From: an uncultured Janthinobacterium sp.
Lineage (GTDB): Bacteria; Vulcanimicrobiota; Vulcanimicrobiia; Vulcanimicrobiales; Vulcanimicrobiaceae
Assembly: GCA_964658025.1 (NCBI GenBank)
Contig: CAZZXB010000037.1
Span: 1 to 22,431, forward strand
Length of the DNA: 22,431 nt
Direction: 5' to 3'
The notes under the pieces are model-generated. The model saw only the letters and a program-made list of their open reading frames with translations. It did not search any database and was not told the DNA's origin. Of the stretch, positions 8,288 to 16,986 are shown one piece after another; the first letter of the stretch is position 1, and every line of letters begins with the position of its first letter. The position numbers and the translations under genes were made by a program.

Positions 8288-9533
8288 CAACGCCACGTTT
8301 ACGTCGCTCGGGCTCCGTCCCGAGTTGCTCCGCGCCGTCACGGATCTCGGATTCACCGAGCCGACGCCGATCCAGGAAGCCGCGATCCCCGCGGCGCTCG
8401 CCGGACGCGACGTCCTCGGTAGCGCTTCGACCGGAAGCGGCAAGTCCGCCGCGTTCGGCATCCCGCTCATCTCCGCGATCGCCGACATGCCGCGCGGAAA
8501 GACGCGCGCGCTCATCCTCGCACCGACGCGCGAGCTCGCCGCGCAGATCGCCGAGCACCTCACGGGGCTCGCCAAACACACGCGCGTGAAGGTCGCCGCG
8601 ATCTTCGGCGGCGTCGGATTCGGACCGCAGGTGATGGCGTTCCGCCGCGGCGTCGACATCATCGTGGCGACGCCCGGTCGTCTGCTCGATCACGTCGGTC
8701 AGGGAACGGCGATCCTCGACGGCATCGAGTTCCTCGTCCTCGACGAAGCGGACCGCATGCTCGATATGGGCTTCCTCCCCGACGTGCGCCGCGTCCTCAA
8801 GACGCTGCCGACCAAGCGTCAGACGCTTTTCTTCTCCGCGACGATTCCGCCGCCGATCTCCGCGCTCGCGAAGGATCTCTTGAAGGATCCCGTGCGCGTC
8901 GATCTCGCGCCCAAGGGCGGCGCGAAGCCGGCCGAGGGGATCACGCAGACGGTCTACACGATCGACCAGCATCGCAAACTCGACCTCTTCGTCGAGTTAT
9001 TGAAAGACAACGCGATCTACAGTGCCATCGTGTTCACGCGCACGAAGGCGCGCGCGAATCGCCTCGCCGCGGCGCTCGGGCGCTTCGACGTCATCGCGGA
9101 ACGGATCCACGGCGACCGTTCGCAAGCCCAACGAACGCGCGCGCTCGACGACTTCAAACGCGGGAAATATCGCGTGCTCGTCGCGACCGATATCGCCGCA
9201 CGCGGCATCGACGTCGTCGCGCTCGGGCACGTCGTGAACTACGACGTGCCGATGGTCCCCGAAGATTTCGTCCATCGCGTCGGCCGTACGGCGCGCGCGC
9301 AAGCGAAGGGCGACGCGATCACCTTCGTCGCCCCGGACGAAGAGAAGTACTTCTCGCAGATCGAGCGCGCGCTCGGAAAACGACTCGATCGTTCGAAACT
9401 TCCGGAGTTACCGCCGCCGAGCGATAACCCGATCCCGCCCGCGCCGACGCAGCGCTTCCCACACGGGAATCGCGGACCGCGGGCCGCGAAGGGTCACGCG
9501 GCGCCGCACGCGGGCCGACGCGCGACCCGCTAA
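8286..9533 (+). CDS. DEAD-box ATP-dependent RNA helicase (RhlE-like), probable ATC start
   Basis: FTSLGL...GFTEPTPIQ (Q motif), STGSGKS, PTRELA, TPGRLLD, DEAD, SAT, ARGID, HRVGRTAR; basic C-terminal tail. The first canonical start (TTG 8325) would truncate the Q-motif region. Confidence 0.93.
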   Translation: MNATFTSLGLRPELLRAVTDLGFTEPTPIQEAAIPAALAGRDVLGSASTGSGKSAAFGIPLISAIADMPRGKTRALILAPTRELAAQIAEHLTGLAKHTRVKVAAIFGGVGFGPQVMAFRRGVDIIVATPGRLLDHVGQGTAILDGIEFLVLDEADRMLDMGFLPDVRRVLKTLPTKRQTLFFSATIPPPISALAKDLLKDPVRVDLAPKGGAKPAEGITQTVYTIDQHRKLDLFVELLKDNAIYSAIVFTRTKARANRLAAALGRFDVIAERIHGDRSQAQRTRALDDFKRGKYRVLVATDIAARGIDVVALGHVVNYDVPMVPEDFVHRVGRTARAQAKGDAITFVAPDEEKYFSQIERALGKRLDRSKLPELPPPSDNPIPPAPTQRFPHGNRGPRAAKGHAAPHAGRRATR

Positions 9534-9539
9534 CCACGC

Positions 9540-9561
9540 GCTCGGCGCTACGGCGCCGGGC
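9540..9561 (+). terminator. 9-bp stem with cUACGg tetraloop at a convergent junction
   Basis: GCTCGGCGC-TACG-GCGCCGGGC just after the helicase stop, overlapping the opposite gene's stop; no U-tract. Confidence 0.45.
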
Positions 9562-9988
9562 TGATCCGTCGGTAGAGCGCCATGAGCGGGCCGACGGCCG
9601 GTTGCAAGACCGCGAGCGCGACGCGTTGCAGCGGCGTCGGCGCGACGTGACCTTCGTCGAGATCCCAAAGCGGGATGAGCGCTTTGAAACGGGTCGGAAA
9701 CGTCTCCGACCAGCGTCGCAGGCGCGCTTCGTCGAGCCCCCGCGCGCGCAAGCGCGCGAGCACCTCCGCGTCGTCCGACGTCCCGCGCACGAGTTCGACC
9801 CACGCGTCGGTATTCAAACCCAACACGCGTAGGAGCGACTTATCGACGGGCGATTGCCCCATGAGATAATCGCCCATCGTTCCGGCGTCGCGCATCCGCG
9901 CTTTGTCGGCCATGCGCGGGATCCAGCGATACCCTTCGATCTCGGTCGACCAGCGGCGCGGGACGGACGGTACGGACGATCGATTCAT
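9548..9988 (-). CDS. DUF5069-like protein
   Basis: PRRWSTEIEGYRWIPRMADKAR...GTMGDY...PVDKSLLRVLG resembles the DUF5069 pattern from memory; not searched. Confidence 0.7.
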   Translation of the reverse strand: MNRSSVPSVPRRWSTEIEGYRWIPRMADKARMRDAGTMGDYLMGQSPVDKSLLRVLGLNTDAWVELVRGTSDDAEVLARLRARGLDEARLRRWSETFPTRFKALIPLWDLDEGHVAPTPLQRVALAVLQPAVGPLMALYRRISPAP

Positions 9989-10038
9989 AGAGAATCGAAA
10001 CGACGGCGCGATGGTCGCGCCCTGCTCGGTGCGCCCGA

Positions 10039-10119
10039 CGCGGTGCGTCCGCGCGCCCGATCGCGACGGCTCGCGATCGCGCGCGTCCCGGCCCGTCGCG
10101 ATTCGGGCGCCGCATCGCG
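10039..10119. repeat. Long imperfect intergenic inverted repeat
   Basis: GCGCCCGA-TCGCGACGG (10053-10069) vs CCGTCGCGA-T-TCGGGCGC (10093-10110), plus an outer stem 10039-10047 / 10111-10119. Confidence 0.6.
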
Positions 10120-10129
10120 GCGCGATCCG

Positions 10130-12946
10130 TCAGCGCACCGCGGTCGATCCCTCCGCGCGTTCGGCGGACGGACCCTCGGCCCGTGCGACGTGCGCCGCGA
10201 GCTCCGCGCGCGACGAGAAGCCGAGTTTCGCGTAGATCGACGTCACGTACTTTTCGACCGTCTTTTCGGCGACGTCCATCTCTCGCGCGATCGCCCGATT
10301 CGTTTTGCCGCGCGCCACGAGCCGCGCGACCTGCCCCTCGCGCGGCGAGAGCGCGGCCGCCGCCCCGGTCCGCGGCGTTTCGTCCGCCGTGGCGAGCATG
10401 AAACGGCGCACGTCGGCGACGCTCCCGGTCGCACGATAGATCGCGAGCGCGCCCTCGGCATCGCCCGCGATCTCGCGAGCCCGCGCCTCGAAGAGCGGCC
10501 ATCCGAGCTTCGCATAACGGTTTGCGGCATCGCGAGCCCCGGCCCTCGCCTCGAGCACCTCGCCGCGACGCTGCGCGACGATCGCTCCGACGAGCGCCTC
10601 GACCGCCGCCATGACCGGCGCTTCCCGATTCGGTCGCGAGCGCAGGAGTTCGATCGTTTTCGTCAGGCGCGGGAGATCGACCAACCTCGCGGCGAGCGGC
10701 CAAAAATGGACCGCGCAATGGGGAAAATCCGCGACGTCGATCGCCGCCGTCAGCAGGGCGCTCGCATCCTCCGGCCGTCGATCGGCGATGGCGGCGACGG
10801 CGCGCGACGCGAGCATGTTCAGACGCGCCGACGTCGGACCCGAACCCGAAAACGTCGCGAACGCCGCGTCGTCGAGGGTCGCTCCGACGAGTTCGAAGTC
10901 CAGGAGTGCGGCACCGACGAGCGGTCCGCTGACGGCGGTATGGAATCGCGCCATCGGAACTTCCGTATCGGAGAGCGAGCCGCGTATGTCGTGTCGGGCG
11001 TCTTCGAGCCGGCCGCACAATTCGTAGAGTCGCGATCGGACGCCGCGAGCGAACGAGAGCGCCCCGGGAAAATCGTACGCGAGATCGATCGCGATCGCTT
11101 CGTCGAGGGCGACCTCGGCGACCGCGTTCGCACCGAACGCGAGCGCCGCCATGCCGATCGAATGGAGTATCTGCGTCTGAAAAAACGGATTGATCTCGGG
11201 CAGGCGTCGGCGCAAGGCCGCGACGCTTTCGTCGAACGCGTCGCGGTCGACGTCTCGCTCCGCGACGAACATCCGGGCCGCCCAGTAGAGGATGTACGTT
11301 CTGGGCGCGAGCGCGTCCGGATTCTCGACGCGGAGGAGGATCGCTCTCGCCTCGTCGCAATCGACGTTCGTCATCAAGCGCCCGAGGCAGGCGTTGAGGT
11401 GGTCGCGCGACCCCTCCGCGAGCCCCGCGCCGTGTTCGGCCAAGAACGACTTCAGCATCTCGAGCGCGCGCGGAAGATCGCCGCCGTTGGAGACTTCGCC
11501 CGCCGCGAGCGAGAAGGCCGTCGCCGCGGCATCGCGCTCGCCGCGTTCGAGGTGCAGGCGCCAGAGCTCGTCGAACGCGGCGGCGGCCGCGACGAACTCG
11601 GAACGGCGGATCAAGGCTTCTCCGAGTTTCGGTAAGATGCGCGCGCGCGCGTCGCCGTCGTCCGTGGCCGAGAGCGCGCGAGAGAAATACGACGCGGCCT
11701 CGTCCGCCGCGCGTAACGCGAGCGCCGAATCGCCCGCGCTTTCGTTGTGCGCGAGCGCCGCACGGGGATCGCCCGCCTCCCAATAATGGAACGCGAGCGC
11801 GGCGACGTCGGCCGTCGCGGGATCGGTCTCGAGCATCGTCGCGATGCGGGCGTGGAGCGCGCGCGTTTCGACCGCGAGGAGTTCACCGTAGATCGCCGCG
11901 CGCGTCAACGCGTGACGGAAACGGAAGCGACCCGGCGTCGCCGGATCTTCGAAGACGATGCCGCCTTCGCGCAGACGGCGCAGGACGGGCAGGATCTCGT
12001 CCGGGGCGGCACCGACGATCGCCGCGAGGAGCGCGACGTCGATGTAGGGACCGAACACCGCGGCGTGATCGAGCACGCGTCGATCGAACGGCGCGAGGTC
12101 CGCGAGCGGTTCGAGGATCAGGCCGCGAATCGGGAGCGGGAGCGAATCGTCCGGGAGATGCCCGCCGCGGGCGACCGCGGCTTTCGTCAGCTCCTCGACG
12201 TAGAGCGGATTGCCGTCCGCGCGCCGGACGATCGCGCGGAGCGAACTCGGAGCGAGGGGATCCGTACCGGCGGTCAGTTCCGAAACGAGCGTTCGCACCT
12301 CTCGCTCGCCGAGCGGCTCGAGATCGATCGCGAACGCCGTGCGGTCGCGCGCGATGCGCGCGAGCGCTCGCGAGAGCGGACTATCGCTCTTGAGCGCGTC
12401 GTTGCGAAACGTCGCGACGATCATGATCCGCATCGAGGAGATACGCGGAGCGAGGTAGGCGAGAAGTTCGAGCGTGGCGGAATCGGCCCAATGGACGTCC
12501 TCGAGCGCCACGAACGTCGTGCGTTTCGCGGCGAGCGTTTGCAGGAGCGCGAGGACCCCCGCGAAGATCTCGCCTTTCTCCATCGGCGCGTCGTCGTGCG
12601 CGACGCGCTCGGGGACGAGCGCCCGCAGCGTTCGCGCGGCGAGCGGCGACGCCGTCGCGAATCCCTCCGGCGACGACGCGAGAAACGATTCGAAAACCAT
12701 GCGGATCGGCCCGTACGGTTGCGGCGCGTGCTCGAGCGCCTCTCCGATCGCGACGAGCGGACCGCGACTCCCCTCGAGCGCGTCGACGAGTTCGTTCACG
12801 AGGCGCGTTTTGCCGAGCCCCGCTTCGCCTCCGACGAGCACGATCTGACCGCGTCCGCTCGAAAGGCGACGCCGCGCGTCGGTCAGCGCGTCGAGTTCCG
12901 CTTTCCGTCCGACGAAACGACGGCTCGACATCGGCGGGGTGATCAT
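10130..12946 (-). CDS. Large AAA/STAND-ATPase LuxR-family transcriptional regulator (MalT/LAL-like)
   Basis: FVGRKAEL, Walker A GEAGLGKT, Walker B LEDVHWAD, GNPLYVEEL, FRHAL, helical repeat region, C-terminal LuxR HTH LSPREGQVARLVARGKTNRAIA...IYAKLG. ATG at 12946. Confidence 0.93.
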   Translation of the reverse strand: MITPPMSSRRFVGRKAELDALTDARRRLSSGRGQIVLVGGEAGLGKTRLVNELVDALEGSRGPLVAIGEALEHAPQPYGPIRMVFESFLASSPEGFATASPLAARTLRALVPERVAHDDAPMEKGEIFAGVLALLQTLAAKRTTFVALEDVHWADSATLELLAYLAPRISSMRIMIVATFRNDALKSDSPLSRALARIARDRTAFAIDLEPLGEREVRTLVSELTAGTDPLAPSSLRAIVRRADGNPLYVEELTKAAVARGGHLPDDSLPLPIRGLILEPLADLAPFDRRVLDHAAVFGPYIDVALLAAIVGAAPDEILPVLRRLREGGIVFEDPATPGRFRFRHALTRAAIYGELLAVETRALHARIATMLETDPATADVAALAFHYWEAGDPRAALAHNESAGDSALALRAADEAASYFSRALSATDDGDARARILPKLGEALIRRSEFVAAAAAFDELWRLHLERGERDAAATAFSLAAGEVSNGGDLPRALEMLKSFLAEHGAGLAEGSRDHLNACLGRLMTNVDCDEARAILLRVENPDALAPRTYILYWAARMFVAERDVDRDAFDESVAALRRRLPEINPFFQTQILHSIGMAALAFGANAVAEVALDEAIAIDLAYDFPGALSFARGVRSRLYELCGRLEDARHDIRGSLSDTEVPMARFHTAVSGPLVGAALLDFELVGATLDDAAFATFSGSGPTSARLNMLASRAVAAIADRRPEDASALLTAAIDVADFPHCAVHFWPLAARLVDLPRLTKTIELLRSRPNREAPVMAAVEALVGAIVAQRRGEVLEARAGARDAANRYAKLGWPLFEARAREIAGDAEGALAIYRATGSVADVRRFMLATADETPRTGAAAALSPREGQVARLVARGKTNRAIAREMDVAEKTVEKYVTSIYAKLGFSSRAELAAHVARAEGPSAERAEGSTAVR

Positions 12947-13011
12947 CGTTCGCGCAACGGCGTTCTGTGAGCCCGACCGAGCCCCTCCGCTCGCCCGGCC
13001 CCGTGAGATCC

Positions 13012-13064
13012 GCGCGGTCGCGATGCCGGGCGATCCGCGCCGTCGCGCCCGGTCGCGATCGCGC
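13012..13064. repeat. Imperfect intergenic inverted repeat
   Basis: GCGCGGTCGCGA / TCGCGATCGCGC outer stem and CCGGGCG / CGCCCGG inner stem. Confidence 0.5.
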
Positions 13065-13091
13065 CCGCGGTCCGGAGCGTCCGAGATGGCT

Positions 13092-13592
13092 TCAGTCGAA
13101 ATACACGATGTGCGGGTCGATCCCCGTCGCGTCGCACGCGAGCACCGCGTAGCTGAAGCGCGGCTCGCGGCGGCGATCGAGCGGGGAGCCGGGATTGAGG
13201 ATCCACACGCCGTCGTCGCGTCGTTCGCGATGCGGGATGTGACTGTGACCGAAGCAGATCGCATCGACGGTCTCGGCGGCGAACGCCGCCTCCGCGCGAT
13301 CGCGCGTCGATCCGCGGGCGCCCCCGTCGCCGTGCACGAGCCCGACGCGGCATCCCGCGAACGTGACGACGTGCGCGCGACCGAAACGGCGCACGATCTC
13401 CGGACCGTCGTTATTGCCCGCGACGCCGTGGAACGGCGCGATCTCCGCGAGCGCGTCCGCGACCGCGAGGTCGGTGAAATCGCCGCAGTGCACGATCGCG
13501 TCGGGCGCCTCGCCGCGCACGCGCGCGAGCAGGCCCGCGAAGCCCCGGGCGAAGCGCGGGACGTGCGTATCGGAGACGACGACGACGCGCAC
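13092..13592 (-). CDS. YfcE/MJ0936-family metallophosphoesterase
   Basis: VSDTH, HCGD, GNND, VHGD, FGHSHIP, LNPGS; GTG 2 nt after the S53 stop. Confidence 0.92.
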   Translation of the reverse strand: MRVVVVSDTHVPRFARGFAGLLARVRGEAPDAIVHCGDFTDLAVADALAEIAPFHGVAGNNDGPEIVRRFGRAHVVTFAGCRVGLVHGDGGARGSTRDRAEAAFAAETVDAICFGHSHIPHRERRDDGVWILNPGSPLDRRREPRFSYAVLACDATGIDPHIVYFD

Positions 13593-13594
13593 GC

Positions 13595-15172
13595 TCAGGG
13601 CCCGAACAGCGCCGCGATCTTCGCGCCGTCGGGCGATCCGAGTCCCGTGCAGGCGTCCCATCCGGCGGTCGCGGCGTACGTCCCGTTATCGCCGCTCGTG
13701 ATATCGCGGAACGCGGCCGCGTTCGCGTAGAGCGTCGGATTGAGAAACCCCGCGGCCTTTCCGGCGCGTTGGTTCGCGAGCGCGACGAGTGCCGCCCAAA
13801 GCGGTGCGACGGCGCTCGTCCCGCCGACGACGCCGTCGCGGCCGTCGATGCGGATGCGATACCCCGAGTTGGGATCGGCATCGCCCGCGACGTCGGGGAC
13901 GCCGCGACCGACGCGCGCGCCCGCATTCGTCGACGGCGGTACCTTCGCCGCGTTCTGAAACGCCGGAAGCGCGAAGACGTCGCTCACGCCGCCGCCCGTC
14001 GCACCGCCCGCGCTCCCGTCGTTCCAGACGGACTCGCTCGCGATCGCACCCGCGCCGTCGAGCGCGAGAAGCGTTCCGCCGCAGGCCGTCGCGTGCGGGC
14101 TCGATGCGGGGAAGTCGACGTGCGCGAGTCCGTCGGTCACGCCGTCGCTCGATCCGTGATCGCCCGCCGCGACGAGCACGCTCACGCCGAGCATGGCCGC
14201 GTCGGCGAACGCGGCGTCGAGACTCTGGATCGCCTGCGACGTCCAGCTCGATTCGGGACCGCCCCAACTGATCGAAACGATCGTCGGCTTGTTCGTCGTA
14301 TCGTGCACGGCCGTCGTGACCGCGTCGAGAAATCCGCGATCGGTATTCGGTGCGAAATACACGGCGATCTTCGCACCCGGAGCGATCGCGCCGACCACTT
14401 CGATGTCGAGCGCCACCTCGCCGTCGGGTCCGTTCGGATCGTTCGTCGGCGCGTTCGCCGCGCCGTCGACGCCGACGGCGACGACGGTCGGCGACGCCGT
14501 GCCGAGTCCGGCGAAGTACGCGTCGAGATCGCCCTGCACGAATCCGCCGCCGAGCTCGACGATCGCGACGGTCTGACCCGTTCCGTCGACGCCCGTCGGA
14601 AAGTCGTACGCGCGCGCGACCGCCGTCGGCAAGAGACCCGCGACCGCCGCCGCCGCGGGGCGCGTCGCGAAGCGGAACTGCGCGCTCGCCTGCGGTCGGT
14701 CGTCGATGCCGAGCACGGCGACGACGATGTCGGCGAGCGATCGCGGCACGGTGAGCGAGCCCTCGCGCGACGTTCGCCCGGCCCCACCGTCGCCGGCCGC
14801 TCCGACGAGCCGCGCGCCGAACGCGCGCGCCACGTCGCCGAGCGAACCGCCGAGCACGACGGAGCGGCGGGCGGCCGACGTGGCGACGACGCGGAGATCC
14901 GACGCGCGCGCGAACGCGACGACGGCCGCGATGTCCTCCGCGCTCGCACCGTAACGCTCGGCGAACGCCTCGCGCGAGACGTGTTCGCGCGCCGCGTGCG
15001 GACGCGCCGCGAGCGCCGCCAGATCGTCCGTCATCTCGCGCCGTCGCCGGAGCGTGACGGTGATCTCGACGTCGCGCGCGAGATCGTCGGTAGCGGGTTG
15101 CGGACGATGTCCTGCCGGGGCGATGCGTTCGCTTCCGGGTACGACGGAGCGAGGCTCGGGCGAATCGTTCAT
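13595..15172 (-). CDS. S53 sedolisin/kumamolisin-like peptidase with pro-domain
   Basis: Pro-domain (VTLRRR...FAERYGA), catalytic EVALD, SISWG, AAGDHGS, GRGVPDV, GGTSAVAP, Ca-site GWDACTGLGSP. ATG at 15172. Confidence 0.95.
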   Translation of the reverse strand: MNDSPEPRSVVPGSERIAPAGHRPQPATDDLARDVEITVTLRRRREMTDDLAALAARPHAAREHVSREAFAERYGASAEDIAAVVAFARASDLRVVATSAARRSVVLGGSLGDVARAFGARLVGAAGDGGAGRTSREGSLTVPRSLADIVVAVLGIDDRPQASAQFRFATRPAAAAVAGLLPTAVARAYDFPTGVDGTGQTVAIVELGGGFVQGDLDAYFAGLGTASPTVVAVGVDGAANAPTNDPNGPDGEVALDIEVVGAIAPGAKIAVYFAPNTDRGFLDAVTTAVHDTTNKPTIVSISWGGPESSWTSQAIQSLDAAFADAAMLGVSVLVAAGDHGSSDGVTDGLAHVDFPASSPHATACGGTLLALDGAGAIASESVWNDGSAGGATGGGVSDVFALPAFQNAAKVPPSTNAGARVGRGVPDVAGDADPNSGYRIRIDGRDGVVGGTSAVAPLWAALVALANQRAGKAAGFLNPTLYANAAAFRDITSGDNGTYAATAGWDACTGLGSPDGAKIAALFGP

Positions 15173-15260
15173 GATCGCCCATCGTTCCCGATTCGGGACC
15201 ATCGAACCGGTTGGACAAACGCTCAAAGGCCGTCGCGCGCCGACGCACAAGGAGACAAGC

Positions 15261-16106
15261 GTGATCGGAGAACGTTCCAAACTCGTTATTCGAGCCGGCG
15301 CGCAATTCGCGTTCGCGACGCCCGTGCCGGTCGCCGCGATCTTCATCATTCGCCCGCGGACGGCCGTCGGCGTGCGCGTCGAAGACGAACGCTGGTCGTT
15401 CATGCCGCACGCCGATTATCGCGACTACGTCGATCAGTACGGCAACACGTGCCGCCGGACGATCGTGCCCGCGGGCGAGTCGAACCTGACCTACGAAACG
15501 ACCGTCGAGATCGACGGCGCGATCGATCCGATCGAGCCGAACGCGGCGGAGATCGCACCGACCGAGCTTCCGGACGACGTGCTCCTGTATACGCTCCCGA
15601 GCCGGTATTGCGTGTCGGATCTCCTCGGCGACGCGGCGTACGAACTCTTCGGACATCTGCCCCCGGGGTGGTCGCGCGTGCAAGCGATCGCCGACTACGT
15701 GCACGACCACATCAAATTCGCCTACGGCACGAGTTCGCCGACGACGACGGCGCTCGACGTGTACGAGAGCGCTACGGGGGTCTGTCGCGACTTCGCGCAC
15801 CTCATGATCACGTTTTGCCGCGCGCTCAACATTCCGGCGCGTTACTCGTTCGGCTACATGCCCGATCTCGACGTTCCGCCGCCGTACGCGCCGATGGATT
15901 TTTGCGCGTGGACCGAGATCTACATCGGTCATCGGTGGTGGCTGTTCGATCCCCGTAACAACGAACGTCGGCGCGGTCGCGTCACGATCGCGCGCGGGCG
16001 CGACGCCCTCGACGTCGCGATGGTCACGACGTTCGGAGGCGTGACGCTGCGTTCGATGACGGTCCTCGCCGATGCGATCGACGGTGATGCATCCACAGCT
16101 ACTTGA
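15261..16106 (+). CDS. Transglutaminase-like protein
   Basis: AAGGAG RBS then GTG 15261. YTLPSRYC, GVCRDFAH, RALNIPARY, MDFCAW, FDP, GRDALDV. Confidence 0.9.
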   Translation: MIGERSKLVIRAGAQFAFATPVPVAAIFIIRPRTAVGVRVEDERWSFMPHADYRDYVDQYGNTCRRTIVPAGESNLTYETTVEIDGAIDPIEPNAAEIAPTELPDDVLLYTLPSRYCVSDLLGDAAYELFGHLPPGWSRVQAIADYVHDHIKFAYGTSSPTTTALDVYESATGVCRDFAHLMITFCRALNIPARYSFGYMPDLDVPPPYAPMDFCAWTEIYIGHRWWLFDPRNNERRRGRVTIARGRDALDVAMVTTFGGVTLRSMTVLADAIDGDASTAT

Positions 16107-16986
16107 GGAGATCCGCGCGATGGAGCCGTTAGCCGACGACGACGTCAACTGGAACGAAGCGGTGGAAATCGATTATCTCGTCCACCAGTGTTTTCGCTAC
16201 GACTATCCCGGACCGATCGCGGACTTACACCATCGGCTCGTCGTCGTGCCGCGGAGCGAACACGGCGACCAGCGTCTGATCGACCATCGCATCGCGGTCA
16301 CGCCCGAAACCGACGAGAGCGTCGACGCGGACTCGTTCGGCAATCCGGTCAGCACGTTTTTCGCCCGTCGCGTCGAGGGCGTCATCGAGTTCTCGCACTG
16401 GTCGCTCGTGCGCCGCATCCGCGACGCCGAGCCGCGCGAGCCGATCGACGGCGACGATCCGTCGTGGCGCACGCCCGCCACCTCGCTCACCGCCGCCGAC
16501 GCGACGCTCCGCCAGGCCGCGCGCGATCTCCGCGCCGCGCATCCCGAGCCCGAGGCGCTCGCGCGGGCGATCGTTTCGTTCGTCCATCGGTCGATGCGCT
16601 ACGTGCAAGGCGTCACGGACGTCGAGACGACGGCCGCCGCCGCGTTCGCGCTCGGCGCCGGCGTCTGTCAGGACTACACGCACATCGCGCTCGCGCTCGC
16701 GCGTCGCGTCGGGCTCGCCGCGCGATACGTTTCGGGTCATCTCATCGGCGAGGGCGCGACGCACGCCTGGATCGAATTCCTCTTCGAAGAACCGACGGGT
16801 CCGCGCATCCTGGCCTACGACCCGACGAACGATTGCGCCGTCTCGATGCGCTACGTCGTCGTCGCGATCGGACGCGATTACTCGGACGTCGCGCCGACGT
16901 CGGGCGTCTACACGGCACCGTACGTCGGCGCCATGACCGCGACGACGCGCGTGAGCGCGACGCGCGTCCGTTATTCGGCGGCGTGA
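16087..16986 (+). CDS. Transglutaminase-like protein with bacterial N-terminal domain
   Basis: DSFGN, GVCQDYTH, ARYVSG, THAW, YDPTN, GRDYSDVAP; overlaps the upstream gene by 20 nt. Confidence 0.92.
   Translation: MHPQLLEEIRAMEPLADDDVNWNEAVEIDYLVHQCFRYDYPGPIADLHHRLVVVPRSEHGDQRLIDHRIAVTPETDESVDADSFGNPVSTFFARRVEGVIEFSHWSLVRRIRDAEPREPIDGDDPSWRTPATSLTAADATLRQAARDLRAAHPEPEALARAIVSFVHRSMRYVQGVTDVETTAAAAFALGAGVCQDYTHIALALARRVGLAARYVSGHLIGEGATHAWIEFLFEEPTGPRILAYDPTNDCAVSMRYVVVAIGRDYSDVAPTSGVYTAPYVGAMTATTRVSATRVRYSAA

Noticed and set aside
10130..12946. STAND ATPase as an Avs-type antiphage system
   Set aside because: It has a C-terminal LuxR HTH and no effector domain, indicating a transcription regulator; no defence-island context.
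9840..12970. Long Arg-rich alternative ORFs (647, 593 and 407 aa)
   Set aside because: Off-frame or antisense to the LuxR regulator; stop codons are scarce in high-GC DNA and there are no motifs.
12947..13264. N-terminal extension of the LuxR ORF to 1044 aa
   Set aside because: It overlaps the YfcE-like gene and a hairpin spacer; the family pattern starts near FVGR.
13686..16148. 820-aa and 729-aa overlapping ORFs
   Set aside because: Shadow frames of the S53 and transglutaminase-like genes with Arg-rich, motif-free translations.
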